From: Clostridia bacterium
GTDB taxonomy: Bacteria > Bacillota > Clostridia > Oscillospirales > CAG-272
Assembly (NCBI GenBank): GCA_017625755.1
Contig: JAGAKG010000036.1
Span: 559-64,558, forward strand
DNA: 64,000 nt
Direction of reading: 5' to 3'
Shown here in pieces: positions 18,290 to 26,945 of this stretch. The notes beneath the pieces are model-generated. The model had not been told where the DNA came from, made no database searches, and saw only the letters and a list, made by a program, of their open reading frames with translations. The stretch's first letter is position 1, and every line of letters begins with the position of its first letter. The position numbers were made by a program, and so were the translations under genes.

Positions 18290-18648
18290 AATGTGTCCTC
18301 CTCTTTGATGTAGTTTATAAGCTCCTCGGTCGATATACCGAGCGTTCTGGCAGTCGCCAGCCAATCGCGCACCGCGCGTCTCCTCACTCGCTCACGCGCT
18401 CCGTTGATGAGAGACATATCGGCGGTGACGAACCTGCCGACGGTGCCGCGTGAACAGAGAAGTCCTTCCTCCTCAAGAGAAGCAAGCGCTTTTTGCATCG
18501 TGTTCGGATTGACAGATGCGTCAAACGCAAGCTGTCGAACAGACGGTATCTGCTCGTCGGGGTGGTATTTTCCGTTGATAATATCTATCCTGAGTCTGTT
18601 TGCTATCTGAACAAAAACAGGCTCGGTATTATTGAATTGCCACGCCAT
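18286..18648 (-). CDS. GntR family transcriptional regulator (short YtrA-like subfamily)
   Basis: The 120-aa protein has a wHTH (IPSVRQLAFDASVNPNTMQKALASLEEEGLL). It is followed by an ABC ATPase and permease, as in ytrA-type operons. The start is set at ATG 18648 (GGAGGAG SD). Confidence 0.85.
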   Translation of the reverse strand: MAWQFNNTEPVFVQIANRLRIDIINGKYHPDEQIPSVRQLAFDASVNPNTMQKALASLEEEGLLCSRGTVGRFVTADMSLINGARERVRRRAVRDWLATARTLGISTEELINYIKEEDTL

Positions 18649-18724
18649 AGTATCTCCTCCTCTCTGTACCATTGTACTAATACAATAATACAACATACAC
18701 CGCTGTTTGTCAATAGCTTTTTGT

Positions 18725-18770
18725 AAAAAAATAAAACGGGAAGAAATTTATCGAAAAATCTTCCCGTTTT
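18725..18770 (-). terminator. Rho-independent terminator of the DUF1273 gene
   Basis: On the minus strand, AAACGGGAAGA-tttttcgataaatt-TCTTCCCGTTT is followed by TTATTTTTTT. Confidence 0.75.
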
Positions 18771-18774
18771 TTAT

Positions 18775-19248
18775 TTACATCTCAAATCTATCCGCCAGAT
18801 TTATCACCTCTACGCCCTGCTTTTTCGCATAATTGCAGGTGTATGCCGTGCCGCCCGTATCCGAGCTGCAATAGGCGACGCAGAAGTCGCTGCCCTTCAC
18901 GAGTCGGCGGTTGCGCTCGTGCATACAGTATTGCGTATATGTGTCGGTGACATATTCGACCTTGTCGGCGCTGCGCGCGATGTAGTCGAATATCTCCTTG
19001 TTGCGCGCACTCCAGCCTTTTGCCTGGTCGCGGCAGGGGAGTATAAGCTCAAGTCGTATAAATCCGTACTTATTTCTTTTTTCAAGCGCCTTCAGCTCGG
19101 CGAGCGTGTCAAATCCGAGCGCTCCGCCGCCCCTGAAAACCGTGACGCCGCCAACGATAAGTCTCTCCAGCTCTGCGTCGAGAAGCTCGGGGAGCTTCAT
19201 TATACGGTCATCGGGTATTTTTCTGTGTCCCGTGAAGCAACAAATCAT
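18775..19248 (-). CDS. DUF1273/SLOG-fold protein (YpsA-like)
   Basis: MICCFTGHRKIP...GGALGFDTLAE...ILPC... fits the UPF0398/YpsA family pattern. The start is set at ATG 19248. Confidence 0.7.
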   Translation of the reverse strand: MICCFTGHRKIPDDRIMKLPELLDAELERLIVGGVTVFRGGGALGFDTLAELKALEKRNKYGFIRLELILPCRDQAKGWSARNKEIFDYIARSADKVEYVTDTYTQYCMHERNRRLVKGSDFCVAYCSSDTGGTAYTCNYAKKQGVEVINLADRFEM

Positions 19249-19418
19249 TTTTTCTGTCCTTTCTGTCAGGCTACTCCTATTATACACCAAAAAAGCTGAA
19301 AATGGAATAGGAAAAGAGGATATCAAAAAATATTTTTTTGAGGCTTGTTCAAAAGCATAAAAACGCCCACGCTCTTATAGACTTGTTATGAGAAAATAAT
19401 TTTACGGAGGATATGGAA

Positions 19419-20717
19419 ATGAAAAAAAGCATATTGTTTTCATTTTGCTTTCTGTTTATCTTTATCGCGGCTTCCTCGGTAGCCGCATTTGCCGCCTCTG
19501 CCGACTCGGAGGCTCTGCCACTCTCGCACGGACTTTATGTTCTCGCGGAGGAGAACAGTATGGCGATGGCGGGTATCAAGGGGAACAAGATAAGCTTCGA
19601 GGCAGACGATTTCGCAAGGGCGATGAATCTTTCGTCAGTAAAGGGCATTACCGTCACCGAGACCCCGCCGATTGCCGACGGCGAGCTTCTCGTCGGCTCT
19701 ACCGTTGTGAACGAGGGTCAGACGATAAGCGGCTCGAATATAGGGCTTATGAGTTACAGCGCGAAGTCCGACACATCTACGATGTCATATTTCAAATTCA
19801 GAATAGGCGATTCGGCGTACGAGATGAAGTGCAATCTTTATCTACTTGACGGCGTAAACCACGCGCCGACTCTCTCTGGCGCGACAGAAACCTCGCTTGA
19901 TGTAAGCACACACAAGAACATCACGCTTCATGGCAGACTCCCCGCGTACGATCCCGACGGCGACGAGATAACCGTGGAGGTAGTCTCCTACCCGAAGGAG
20001 GGAATACTCATACTCACAGACAAGTCGGAGGGAAGATATACCTACACACCGAGTGACGGATACACAGGCAAGGATTCATTCGTGTATGTCGCGCGCGACA
20101 AATACGGAAATTACAGCGCGTCAAAGACGGTAAACCTGAGAGTTAACAAGCCCACGACATCGGTCGAATACGCCGATATGGAGGACTCGCCGAATTATAA
20201 CGCGGCGCTCACTATGACCGAGCAGGGAATAATGAGCGGAACGCAGATAGGCGACAAGACATATTTTTATCCCGAGCAAACTGTCAGTCGCGCCGAATTT
20301 CTCGTGATGGCGATGAATTCGATAGGAATTACCGAGGTTGCCGACGCGACAGAGACGGTTTTTGCCGACGACTCTGACATCGCGGGATATATGAAGGGGT
20401 ATGTGGCTACGGCGTACCGTCTCGGATATATAAAGGGAACATACGAGGACGGCAAGCTCTGCTTTTTGCCGAACGACGCGATAACCCGCGCCGAGGCGGC
20501 GGTCATAGTCTGCAATATGATAGACGCGGCAACTCCGACCGTAACCCCCACCTTCAATGACCACAGCGATATCCCCGCCTTCGCCGAAGCGGCGGTATGC
20601 TCCCTCAATTATATGGGAATACTTAACTCCGACGGCGGAAATATTTCAGCACGCTCCGAGCTTACAAGGGGAGATGCCGCTCATATTCTCTCGCTTGTAA
20701 TGAAGCTTGCAGATTGA
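19419..20717 (+). CDS. Cell-surface protein: signal peptide, cadherin/Ig-like repeat, three C-terminal SLH domains
   Basis: The signal peptide is MKKSILFSFCFLFIFIAASSVAAFA. PAYDPDGDEITVEVVSYP...YTYTPSDGYTGKDSFVYVARD is cadherin-like. Three SLH-type repeats follow (for example FxDxxDIxxYxKGYVATAY...ITRAEAA). Confidence 0.8.
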   Translation: MKKSILFSFCFLFIFIAASSVAAFAASADSEALPLSHGLYVLAEENSMAMAGIKGNKISFEADDFARAMNLSSVKGITVTETPPIADGELLVGSTVVNEGQTISGSNIGLMSYSAKSDTSTMSYFKFRIGDSAYEMKCNLYLLDGVNHAPTLSGATETSLDVSTHKNITLHGRLPAYDPDGDEITVEVVSYPKEGILILTDKSEGRYTYTPSDGYTGKDSFVYVARDKYGNYSASKTVNLRVNKPTTSVEYADMEDSPNYNAALTMTEQGIMSGTQIGDKTYFYPEQTVSRAEFLVMAMNSIGITEVADATETVFADDSDIAGYMKGYVATAYRLGYIKGTYEDGKLCFLPNDAITRAEAAVIVCNMIDAATPTVTPTFNDHSDIPAFAEAAVCSLNYMGILNSDGGNISARSELTRGDAAHILSLVMKLAD

Positions 20718-20752
20718 CGGTAAAAAATAATTCGGATTATTTCAAATAATTC

Positions 20753-20810
20753 TTGTAATCTTCTTTAACGAATGGTATAATGTAAAGGGGAGTACCCCTT
20801 TACATTATAC
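20753..20810 (+). promoter_or_regulatory. Putative promoter (TTGTAA-17-TATAAT) overlapped by a perfect 16+16 bp palindrome
   Basis: GTATAATGTAAAGGGG-agta-CCCCTTTACATTATAC spans 20775-20810. The -10 hexamer at 20776-20781 sits inside the left arm. The element ends 6 nt before the GGGAGGA SD of the next gene. Confidence 0.45.
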
Positions 20811-20828
20811 TTCCGTGGGAGGATCGTT

Positions 20829-21776
20829 TTGATTTTTATTGTGCGTCCCGAGCACGAGGGAATGACCGTTCTGCAAATTCTCAGACAAGTTCTCGGACTC
20901 TCGGGCGGAATGGTAAGACATATAAAATTTCTCGAAAACGGTATACTGCTCAATTCCGAGAGGGTGACCGTCAGGCGGGTCGTGAGCGCGGGAGATGTCC
21001 TTGAGCTGAAGGTAGAGGATTTTGGCGACGGAAGCGCGATAGAGGGTGTTGACCTTCCTTTGTCTGTCGTTTACGAGGACGACTACCTCGTAGTGCCGGA
21101 CAAGCCGCCCTATATGCCCACGCACCCCTCGCACGGACATCACGACGATACCGTAGCGAACGCTCTGGCGTTCAGATATCGGGATAGCGGCGCGCCGTAT
21201 GTTTTTCGCCCCATAAACAGACTTGACCGCAACACGAGCGGTCTGCTTATAATCGCTCGAAACCGAATTGCGGCGGGCAGACTCTCGCGCAGTATGCTTG
21301 AGAGGAAAATATCAAAAAGCTATGTGGCGGTGCTTGACGGCAGACTTGAAGACAGAGAGGGAACTATCGAAACATATATGCGGAGAACAGCCGAGAGCAT
21401 TATCGTCAGAGAGGTGTGCGGAGCCGAGGAGGGCGCAGATTACGCGCTGACGAGATACAAGGTTTTGCTCGCGTCGGATAGAAACACCGTGGTGCTTGCC
21501 GAGCCCATAACGGGGAGAACGCACCAGCTCAGGGTTCATTTCGCGAGTCTTGGGTGTCCGATAGTCGGGGACAACATTTACGGACGGGTGAGCGAGCATA
21601 TAGGGCGTCACGCCCTTCACGCGTCTAACATCTCCTTTCCGCATCCCGGTACGGGAGATATTGTGGAGCTGTCTGCGCCGCTCCACGACGACATGGCGCT
21701 TCTTTTGAGAGAACTGTTTTCGCAAGAGGAACTTGAAAATGAGGTTTTTGAAAAAATTCTTTGGGGCAAAGGATAA
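20829..21776 (+). CDS. RluA-family 23S rRNA pseudouridine synthase (RluD-like, with S4 domain)
   Basis: Motifs seen are HRLDRNTSGLLIIA-like (INRLDRNTSGLLIIA), GRTHQLRVH and KxY. It has a TTG start after GGGAGGA. Confidence 0.85.
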   Translation: MIFIVRPEHEGMTVLQILRQVLGLSGGMVRHIKFLENGILLNSERVTVRRVVSAGDVLELKVEDFGDGSAIEGVDLPLSVVYEDDYLVVPDKPPYMPTHPSHGHHDDTVANALAFRYRDSGAPYVFRPINRLDRNTSGLLIIARNRIAAGRLSRSMLERKISKSYVAVLDGRLEDREGTIETYMRRTAESIIVREVCGAEEGADYALTRYKVLLASDRNTVVLAEPITGRTHQLRVHFASLGCPIVGDNIYGRVSEHIGRHALHASNISFPHPGTGDIVELSAPLHDDMALLLRELFSQEELENEVFEKILWGKG

Positions 21777-22875
21777 GCCCGAAAATATATCCGAGAAAAC
21801 ACGGTTGCCCCGATTTGCGATATGGTTTTATGCTTCGGGAGCGGCGTCGCTTCTGCTATTTATATGCTTTCTTTGCAGTGAGAGCTTTTCTGATTTCTTT
21901 AACCGCCGTATAGCCTCTGTTTTCAGAGCGGCTCTGGCGTATCTTACGGGTTGGATACCCTTTTCTCTGGCAGAGATGTTTATAATCCTTATCCCCGTAA
22001 TTCTCATGGCTATAATTATTTACGCCACCAAGCGTTATTCCGACAGCTGGCACGATGTTTTTATATACTGCGGCACTATGCTTTCTTTCGTGGCTCTGCT
22101 GTTCAGTATCTTCACCGTCGGCTTTTCCTCTGCATACAGGGGAAGCACGCTCGACAAAAAGCTCGGAATAGAGCGACGCGAGGTTTCTGCCGAGGAGCTT
22201 TATGAAACGGCGCTCGTGCTTGTGGACAAGATAAACGGCGAGGTGTCGGAGGTCGCGTTCGAGGAGAACGGATTTTCGATAATGCCGTATAGCTATGATG
22301 TTATGAACGATAAGCTTATCGCGGCTTACGACAAGGCGTGCGATAAATACACCTTCGTGCAACGGCTCGACAGCCGACTCAAGCCCGTGATGCTCAGCGA
22401 GCTGATGTCCTATACTCATATCACGGGAGTTTATTCCTTCTTTACGGGCGAGGCTAACATAAATGTGGCTTTTCCCGACTATACCATACCCTACACGGCG
22501 GCTCATGAGTTGTCGCATCAGCGCGGGATAGCGCGTGAGGACGAGGCGAATTTTATGGCGTTTCTGGTCTGTATCGAATCCGACGACGCCTATATCCGTT
22601 ACAGCGCCTATCTCAATCTTTACGAATATGTCGCGTCGGCACTTTCCTCGGCAAGCCCCGAGCTTTACGCAGCGGTGAGGGCGGAGCTGAGCCGAGATGT
22701 GATATATGAAATGCGCGCATATTCGGAGTTTTACGACAAGTACCGTGATTCGACCGCGAGTGAGGTCTCGAACGCGGTAAACAACACCTTCCTCGTTATG
22801 CAGGGAACCGAGGGAACGAGAAGCTACGGAATGGTGGTCGACCTTGCGGTAGCTTATTACTGTTCGGAAGAATAA
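21733..22875 (+). CDS. DUF3810 family membrane protein (putative Zn-peptidase-like HExxH)
   Basis: It has N-terminal TM helices and the motif YTAAHELSHQRGIAREDEANF. It overlaps the upstream gene by 44 nt. Confidence 0.7.
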   Translation: MKMRFLKKFFGAKDKPENISEKTRLPRFAIWFYASGAASLLLFICFLCSESFSDFFNRRIASVFRAALAYLTGWIPFSLAEMFIILIPVILMAIIIYATKRYSDSWHDVFIYCGTMLSFVALLFSIFTVGFSSAYRGSTLDKKLGIERREVSAEELYETALVLVDKINGEVSEVAFEENGFSIMPYSYDVMNDKLIAAYDKACDKYTFVQRLDSRLKPVMLSELMSYTHITGVYSFFTGEANINVAFPDYTIPYTAAHELSHQRGIAREDEANFMAFLVCIESDDAYIRYSAYLNLYEYVASALSSASPELYAAVRAELSRDVIYEMRAYSEFYDKYRDSTASEVSNAVNNTFLVMQGTEGTRSYGMVVDLAVAYYCSEE

Positions 22876-22947
22876 AAGCAAGAACAGAGCTTTTGAATAT
22901 AATATTACTGTGACATGTAATGACATATTTTGACTATTGGGAGTCTG

Positions 22948-24210
22948 ATGATGAAAAAAATTATAGTTCGGGGCGGATCCCCGTTGAACGGAGATGTTTA
23001 TATATCGGGAATGAAGAACGCCGCTCTGCCCATAATTTTCGCTTGTATACTCAGCAAGGGAAAAAATATACTGTATAATGTTCCGCGAGTGAGCGATATT
23101 GAGCTTTCCTTTGATATTCTCCGCTCGCTCGGAGCTACCGTCAGCGAGAGGGCTGACGGCGGGATAGAGCTTGATACCGCGGGAGTGCGCTCTGAGGTGG
23201 CGCCTTACGAGCTTGTCAGCAAAATGAGAGGCTCTACATATCTTATCGGCGCTATGCTTTCGAGATTCGGAGAGGCGAGAGTCGGTCTGCCCGGTGGTTG
23301 TAACTTTGGCGACCGTCCTATCGACCAGCATGTAAAGGGATTTGCGACTCTCGGAGCGCAGATATCCTTCGACGAGGGAAGCCTGAGGGCAGACGCGGGT
23401 GACGGGCTCGTGGGAAATTCGGTCTATCTCGATATCGCTTCTGTCGGAGCTACCGTCAATATAATCATAGCCGCCGTTTTCGCCAAGGGAACTACCGTGG
23501 TTATGAACGCGGCGCGAGAGCCGCATATAGTTGACCTTGCGAACTTTCTCAATCATTGCGGCGCGGATATACGCGGCGCGGGAACGAATACTATCAAGAT
23601 ACACGGTGTGAGCGAGCTTCACCCCTGCGAGTATTCGATATCCCCCGATATGATAGAGGCGGGAACCTTTATGGTTGCGGCGGCAACGGCGGGGGGCTGT
23701 GTGAATGTCAAGAATATTATTCCCGAGCATCTCGATACAATAACAGCTAAGCTCCGCGAGGCGGGAGCCAAGCTTGAGGTATTTGACGACAGTATCACGG
23801 TCACCTCTGACAGATGGCTCAGGGGAGTTACGATAAAGACATGGCCATATCCCGGATTTGCGACCGATATGCACCCGCAGTTCAGCGCGATGCTTTGCTA
23901 TGCTAACGGAGTGAGTACCATCGGAGAGGGAATCTTTGACGGGCGATTCAAATATGTAGACGAGCTGAAGAAGATGGGGGCGAGCATTGATGTGGATGGG
24001 AATGTGGCGAGTATTATCGGCGGTATGCCGCTTCACGGCGCGTCGGTGAGCGCTACCGACCTCAGAGCAGGCGCGGCACTGGTTATCGCGGCGCTTGCGG
24101 CACAGGGAACTACCGAGATTGGCGGAGTTGAGTTTATCGAGCGCGGATATTGCAACATAGATAAAAAACTCCGCGCGTTAGGAGCAGACATATACGCGGT
24201 TGAAGTCTGA
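22948..24210 (+). CDS. murA: UDP-N-acetylglucosamine 1-carboxyvinyltransferase
   Basis: MMKKIIVRGGSPLNGDVYISGMKNAALPII... includes the active-site region LPGGCNFGDRPIDQH. Confidence 0.95.
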   Translation: MMKKIIVRGGSPLNGDVYISGMKNAALPIIFACILSKGKNILYNVPRVSDIELSFDILRSLGATVSERADGGIELDTAGVRSEVAPYELVSKMRGSTYLIGAMLSRFGEARVGLPGGCNFGDRPIDQHVKGFATLGAQISFDEGSLRADAGDGLVGNSVYLDIASVGATVNIIIAAVFAKGTTVVMNAAREPHIVDLANFLNHCGADIRGAGTNTIKIHGVSELHPCEYSISPDMIEAGTFMVAAATAGGCVNVKNIIPEHLDTITAKLREAGAKLEVFDDSITVTSDRWLRGVTIKTWPYPGFATDMHPQFSAMLCYANGVSTIGEGIFDGRFKYVDELKKMGASIDVDGNVASIIGGMPLHGASVSATDLRAGAALVIAALAAQGTTEIGGVEFIERGYCNIDKKLRALGADIYAVEV

Positions 24211-24392
24211 GAGTTGAACAAAGAGGAAATGTATTCAGGCTTAACCACGCTGCTTTTTGCCTATGCGAGTTGAAAATATGCGCTTTTTATGAAGAAAATC
24301 AATTATTTGAGGTAATAAATACATTGACAAAAAATATCTAAAATGCTATTCTTTAAATAAAAATATTATGAAAATAAAGTAGGGTGGAAGGT

Positions 24393-25790
24393 ATGAAAAG
24401 CAAGAAAAGCAAAAATAAAAGTTTATTAATCCGAGTCTGCGGTATCATTTTGAGCTTGAGTATGCTGTTTACGGTATTGACCGCTTGCACAAAGGAAAAC
24501 GGCGATCTTGAAGAGACAACTGCGGCGAGTACGACTACCGCCGCTACCACAAGCAACGGTCCGTTTGTTCCGTTGGTGAAGGAGGGCCCCGCTCCCTTGT
24601 CCGATTATCGCATTGTATACGCCGAGGGGGCAAGCGATATGATTGTGAAGCAATATGTTCCGTGGTTGCAAGCTCGCATACAAAAATTATATAATGTTTC
24701 TCTTGAGGCTGTTAGCGATGCAACGGAGCCTGCGGAGAGAGAAATTGTGATTGGAGATACAAATCGTTCTACCGAAAGAATAGGCAACTATTTTGAAGGT
24801 GGATATTGGCCTCTTGCGGAATACAGAAGCGCGGCAATTGCCGAGGGGGGAAATTTTTACCTTTTGGGATATAATATAAAAATGCTTATTTACGCTGCGG
24901 AGAATATGCTGCAAATGAACACGAGAAATTCGCAAAACGGAATAATATTGGATACCAGCGGAGAGTGGTTTGAAAGTACCTACTTTGATACCAAGGACGA
25001 CTATAACCTTGCTAAAGACGCAGATATCAGAATTATGTCTTACAACATACTCCATGAGGATTGGGGAGAGGTCGTTCCAACGCCCGTTGCAGGAAGAGAC
25101 AAAAAGGTAGCTGAGCTTTTGTTGTATTACTTGCCCGATGTGGTAGGACTTCAAGAGGTGAGCGATACATGGCATAGCAGCTTATACGACATATTGGTAG
25201 AGCCCGGAATTTACGCGAGGGCTTGCGTTAAAAGTAACGGAGACGCAAACAATATGACGACATTTCTTTATAATCCCGATACTGTAAAGCTGGTAGACGA
25301 ATATGTTCTGGATCTGGACAATAATAGCAATATTCGCGTTTTTGCAGTAGCGGTATTTGAGAAATTATCTGACGGACAGCGTTTTGTTGTGACTAATACG
25401 CACCCCGCTCCTACCGACCACGGCGATAATTACACAAGGAATATTACCGATATGATAACTCTCGCAAAACAGGAGCTGGCAAAATATTCCGAGCTTCCGT
25501 TTATTATGACGGGTGATTTCAACACATATGAAACCGCTACCGAAACATATTCCAAAATTCTTGGCATAGGGGTTGTTGACGCAAAGGCGGAGGCAGAGAC
25601 GGTAGTAAATAATTACGGCTCTTGGCTTGGTTGGGGCAGAAAGCCCGTTCTTAACGGCGGTAGCCTGGATCACATATTGATAAGCCCAAATGCTTCATCA
25701 AAGCTGTATAACACGGTAAAGGATAACGATGTTCAGCATATATCCGACCATGCGCCCGTTTATGCGGATATTTCCTTTAACAAAAAATAA
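24393..25790 (+). CDS. Lipoprotein with a C-terminal endonuclease/exonuclease/phosphatase (EEP) domain
   Basis: The lipobox is LFTVLTAC. EEP motifs are IRIMSYNILHE, VVGLQEV and SDHAPVYADISF. The ~200-aa N-terminal domain is unassigned. Confidence 0.75.
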   Translation: MKSKKSKNKSLLIRVCGIILSLSMLFTVLTACTKENGDLEETTAASTTTAATTSNGPFVPLVKEGPAPLSDYRIVYAEGASDMIVKQYVPWLQARIQKLYNVSLEAVSDATEPAEREIVIGDTNRSTERIGNYFEGGYWPLAEYRSAAIAEGGNFYLLGYNIKMLIYAAENMLQMNTRNSQNGIILDTSGEWFESTYFDTKDDYNLAKDADIRIMSYNILHEDWGEVVPTPVAGRDKKVAELLLYYLPDVVGLQEVSDTWHSSLYDILVEPGIYARACVKSNGDANNMTTFLYNPDTVKLVDEYVLDLDNNSNIRVFAVAVFEKLSDGQRFVVTNTHPAPTDHGDNYTRNITDMITLAKQELAKYSELPFIMTGDFNTYETATETYSKILGIGVVDAKAEAETVVNNYGSWLGWGRKPVLNGGSLDHILISPNASSKLYNTVKDNDVQHISDHAPVYADISFNKK

Positions 25791-25880
25791 AGATTATAGA
25801 GGAATAGCGCAGCGTTTCAACTATAAGCTCAAAGCGCTCGGTGCCGATGCGCATTTTATTGAGAGCTAAATAAAAAATAT

Positions 25881-25916
25881 AAGCTGTCTTGCAGTCGAGA
25901 GCCTGCAAGACAGCTT
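25881..25916. terminator. Bidirectional terminator hairpin between the EEP gene and the AraC gene
   Basis: AAGCTGTCTTGCAG-tcgagagc-CTGCAAGACAGCTT has flanking A and T runs. Confidence 0.7.
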
Positions 25917-26840
25917 TTAAATTTTTTTCTTTCTGAATTCAGAGGGAGTGCACCCAACATTCTTTTTGAATATTCTCACAAAGTGAGACGAGTCGTAAAA
26001 GCCTACCGAATGAGCAATATCGGATATCGAGCGGTCATTATCATAAAGCATAGCCTTTGATAATTCTATTCGGTGATTCAAAACAAATTCTCCCGGGGAG
26101 ACTCCGCATATTCGTTTGAATTTTAGAATATATGCGCTTCTTGACATCTGAGCTATACGGGACAGAGTCTCTATTCTAATATGCTCATAATATTTCTCGT
26201 ATATGTAAGAGACACTGTTTAGAAAGGCTTTATTCTCGATTTCCTTGTCAAAGAGATCTTTTAATATTCTTTCGTAATATACGCACAGATGCGTGATAAG
26301 TATAAGTGTCTTGCTGTTACATATGAGACTTTTTTCTGCGGTTGGCGATTCGGAATACCACGCGATACTGTCAAAATAAGGATACAGATAATCGAATTCC
26401 TTGTCTCTCAGCTTCAGATGCAGGTTTGAGCCTATATGCTCCCGTGCGAAGGGCTCAAAGGCGAAAAGGGTACGGAATGTGGGCAAGAGCTGAAGGTCCG
26501 ATGAATACTTTTCAATATACTGTTGACTGAGCAAAAGATGATAAACATCAAAGCCTTCTTCGCCGCGATACGCGTGCTTTACATAGGGCGGAACGATGAA
26601 TACATCTCCTCTGCTTACCGCTATTTGGTTTTCTCCTATATAATGTATTCCTTTGCCGCGAAGAACGATATTTATTTCATAAAAATCCTGAATATGAATG
26701 CCGGTGTTGTGATTTCGCTCGGTATGACCGTATACGAGCTTGAAGGGAGGAACGAATATCTCCTCAGCCCGCCAATGAGGGTGGCGGTCTATTGTTGGAA
26801 TATCAGACAAAAATATCACCTCTTTTGAACTATTATACAA
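25917..26840 (-). CDS. AraC family transcriptional regulator (cupin sensor + HTH)
   Basis: The C-terminal AraC HTH is SISDIAHSVGFYDSSHFVRIFKKNVGCTPSEFR. The N-terminal cupin is GDVFIVPPYVKHAY. The start is uncertain (TTG 26840, or TTG 26810 after AAAGAGG). Confidence 0.8.
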   Translation of the reverse strand: MYNSSKEVIFLSDIPTIDRHPHWRAEEIFVPPFKLVYGHTERNHNTGIHIQDFYEINIVLRGKGIHYIGENQIAVSRGDVFIVPPYVKHAYRGEEGFDVYHLLLSQQYIEKYSSDLQLLPTFRTLFAFEPFAREHIGSNLHLKLRDKEFDYLYPYFDSIAWYSESPTAEKSLICNSKTLILITHLCVYYERILKDLFDKEIENKAFLNSVSYIYEKYYEHIRIETLSRIAQMSRSAYILKFKRICGVSPGEFVLNHRIELSKAMLYDNDRSISDIAHSVGFYDSSHFVRIFKKNVGCTPSEFRKKKI

Positions 26841-26861
26841 TTAATTTTGCATTATAATACA

Positions 26862-26890
26862 TTGATTATAACATACTTTTATGATATAAT
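26862..26890 (+). promoter_or_regulatory. Sigma-A promoter TTGATT-17-TGaTATAAT for the glycoside-hydrolase-like gene
   Basis: Read directly. It lies in the divergent spacer shared with the AraC gene. Confidence 0.5.
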
Positions 26891-26945
26891 CAAGAAGCAA
26901 GCAGAGTGTTTCTGCCAAAATTTACAAATTGTAAGGAGAGAATAT

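Noticed and set aside
21733-21776. A 44-nt overlap between the pseudouridine synthase and the DUF3810 gene was considered as a possible recoding or fusion signal.
   Set aside because: The genes are in different frames with no slippery sequence. The overlap most likely reflects uncertainty about the DUF3810 start, since ATG 21733 and 21739 are the only upstream starts before the first TM helix.
21856-24036. A 726-aa ORF on the minus strand spans the DUF3810 gene, the spacer and most of murA.
   Set aside because: It is exactly antisense to two well-supported genes. Its translation is R/S/H-rich with no motifs or SD. The genome avoids TTA, CTA and TCA codons, which removes stops from the codon-aligned antisense frame. 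That explains the many long antisense ORFs in the track.
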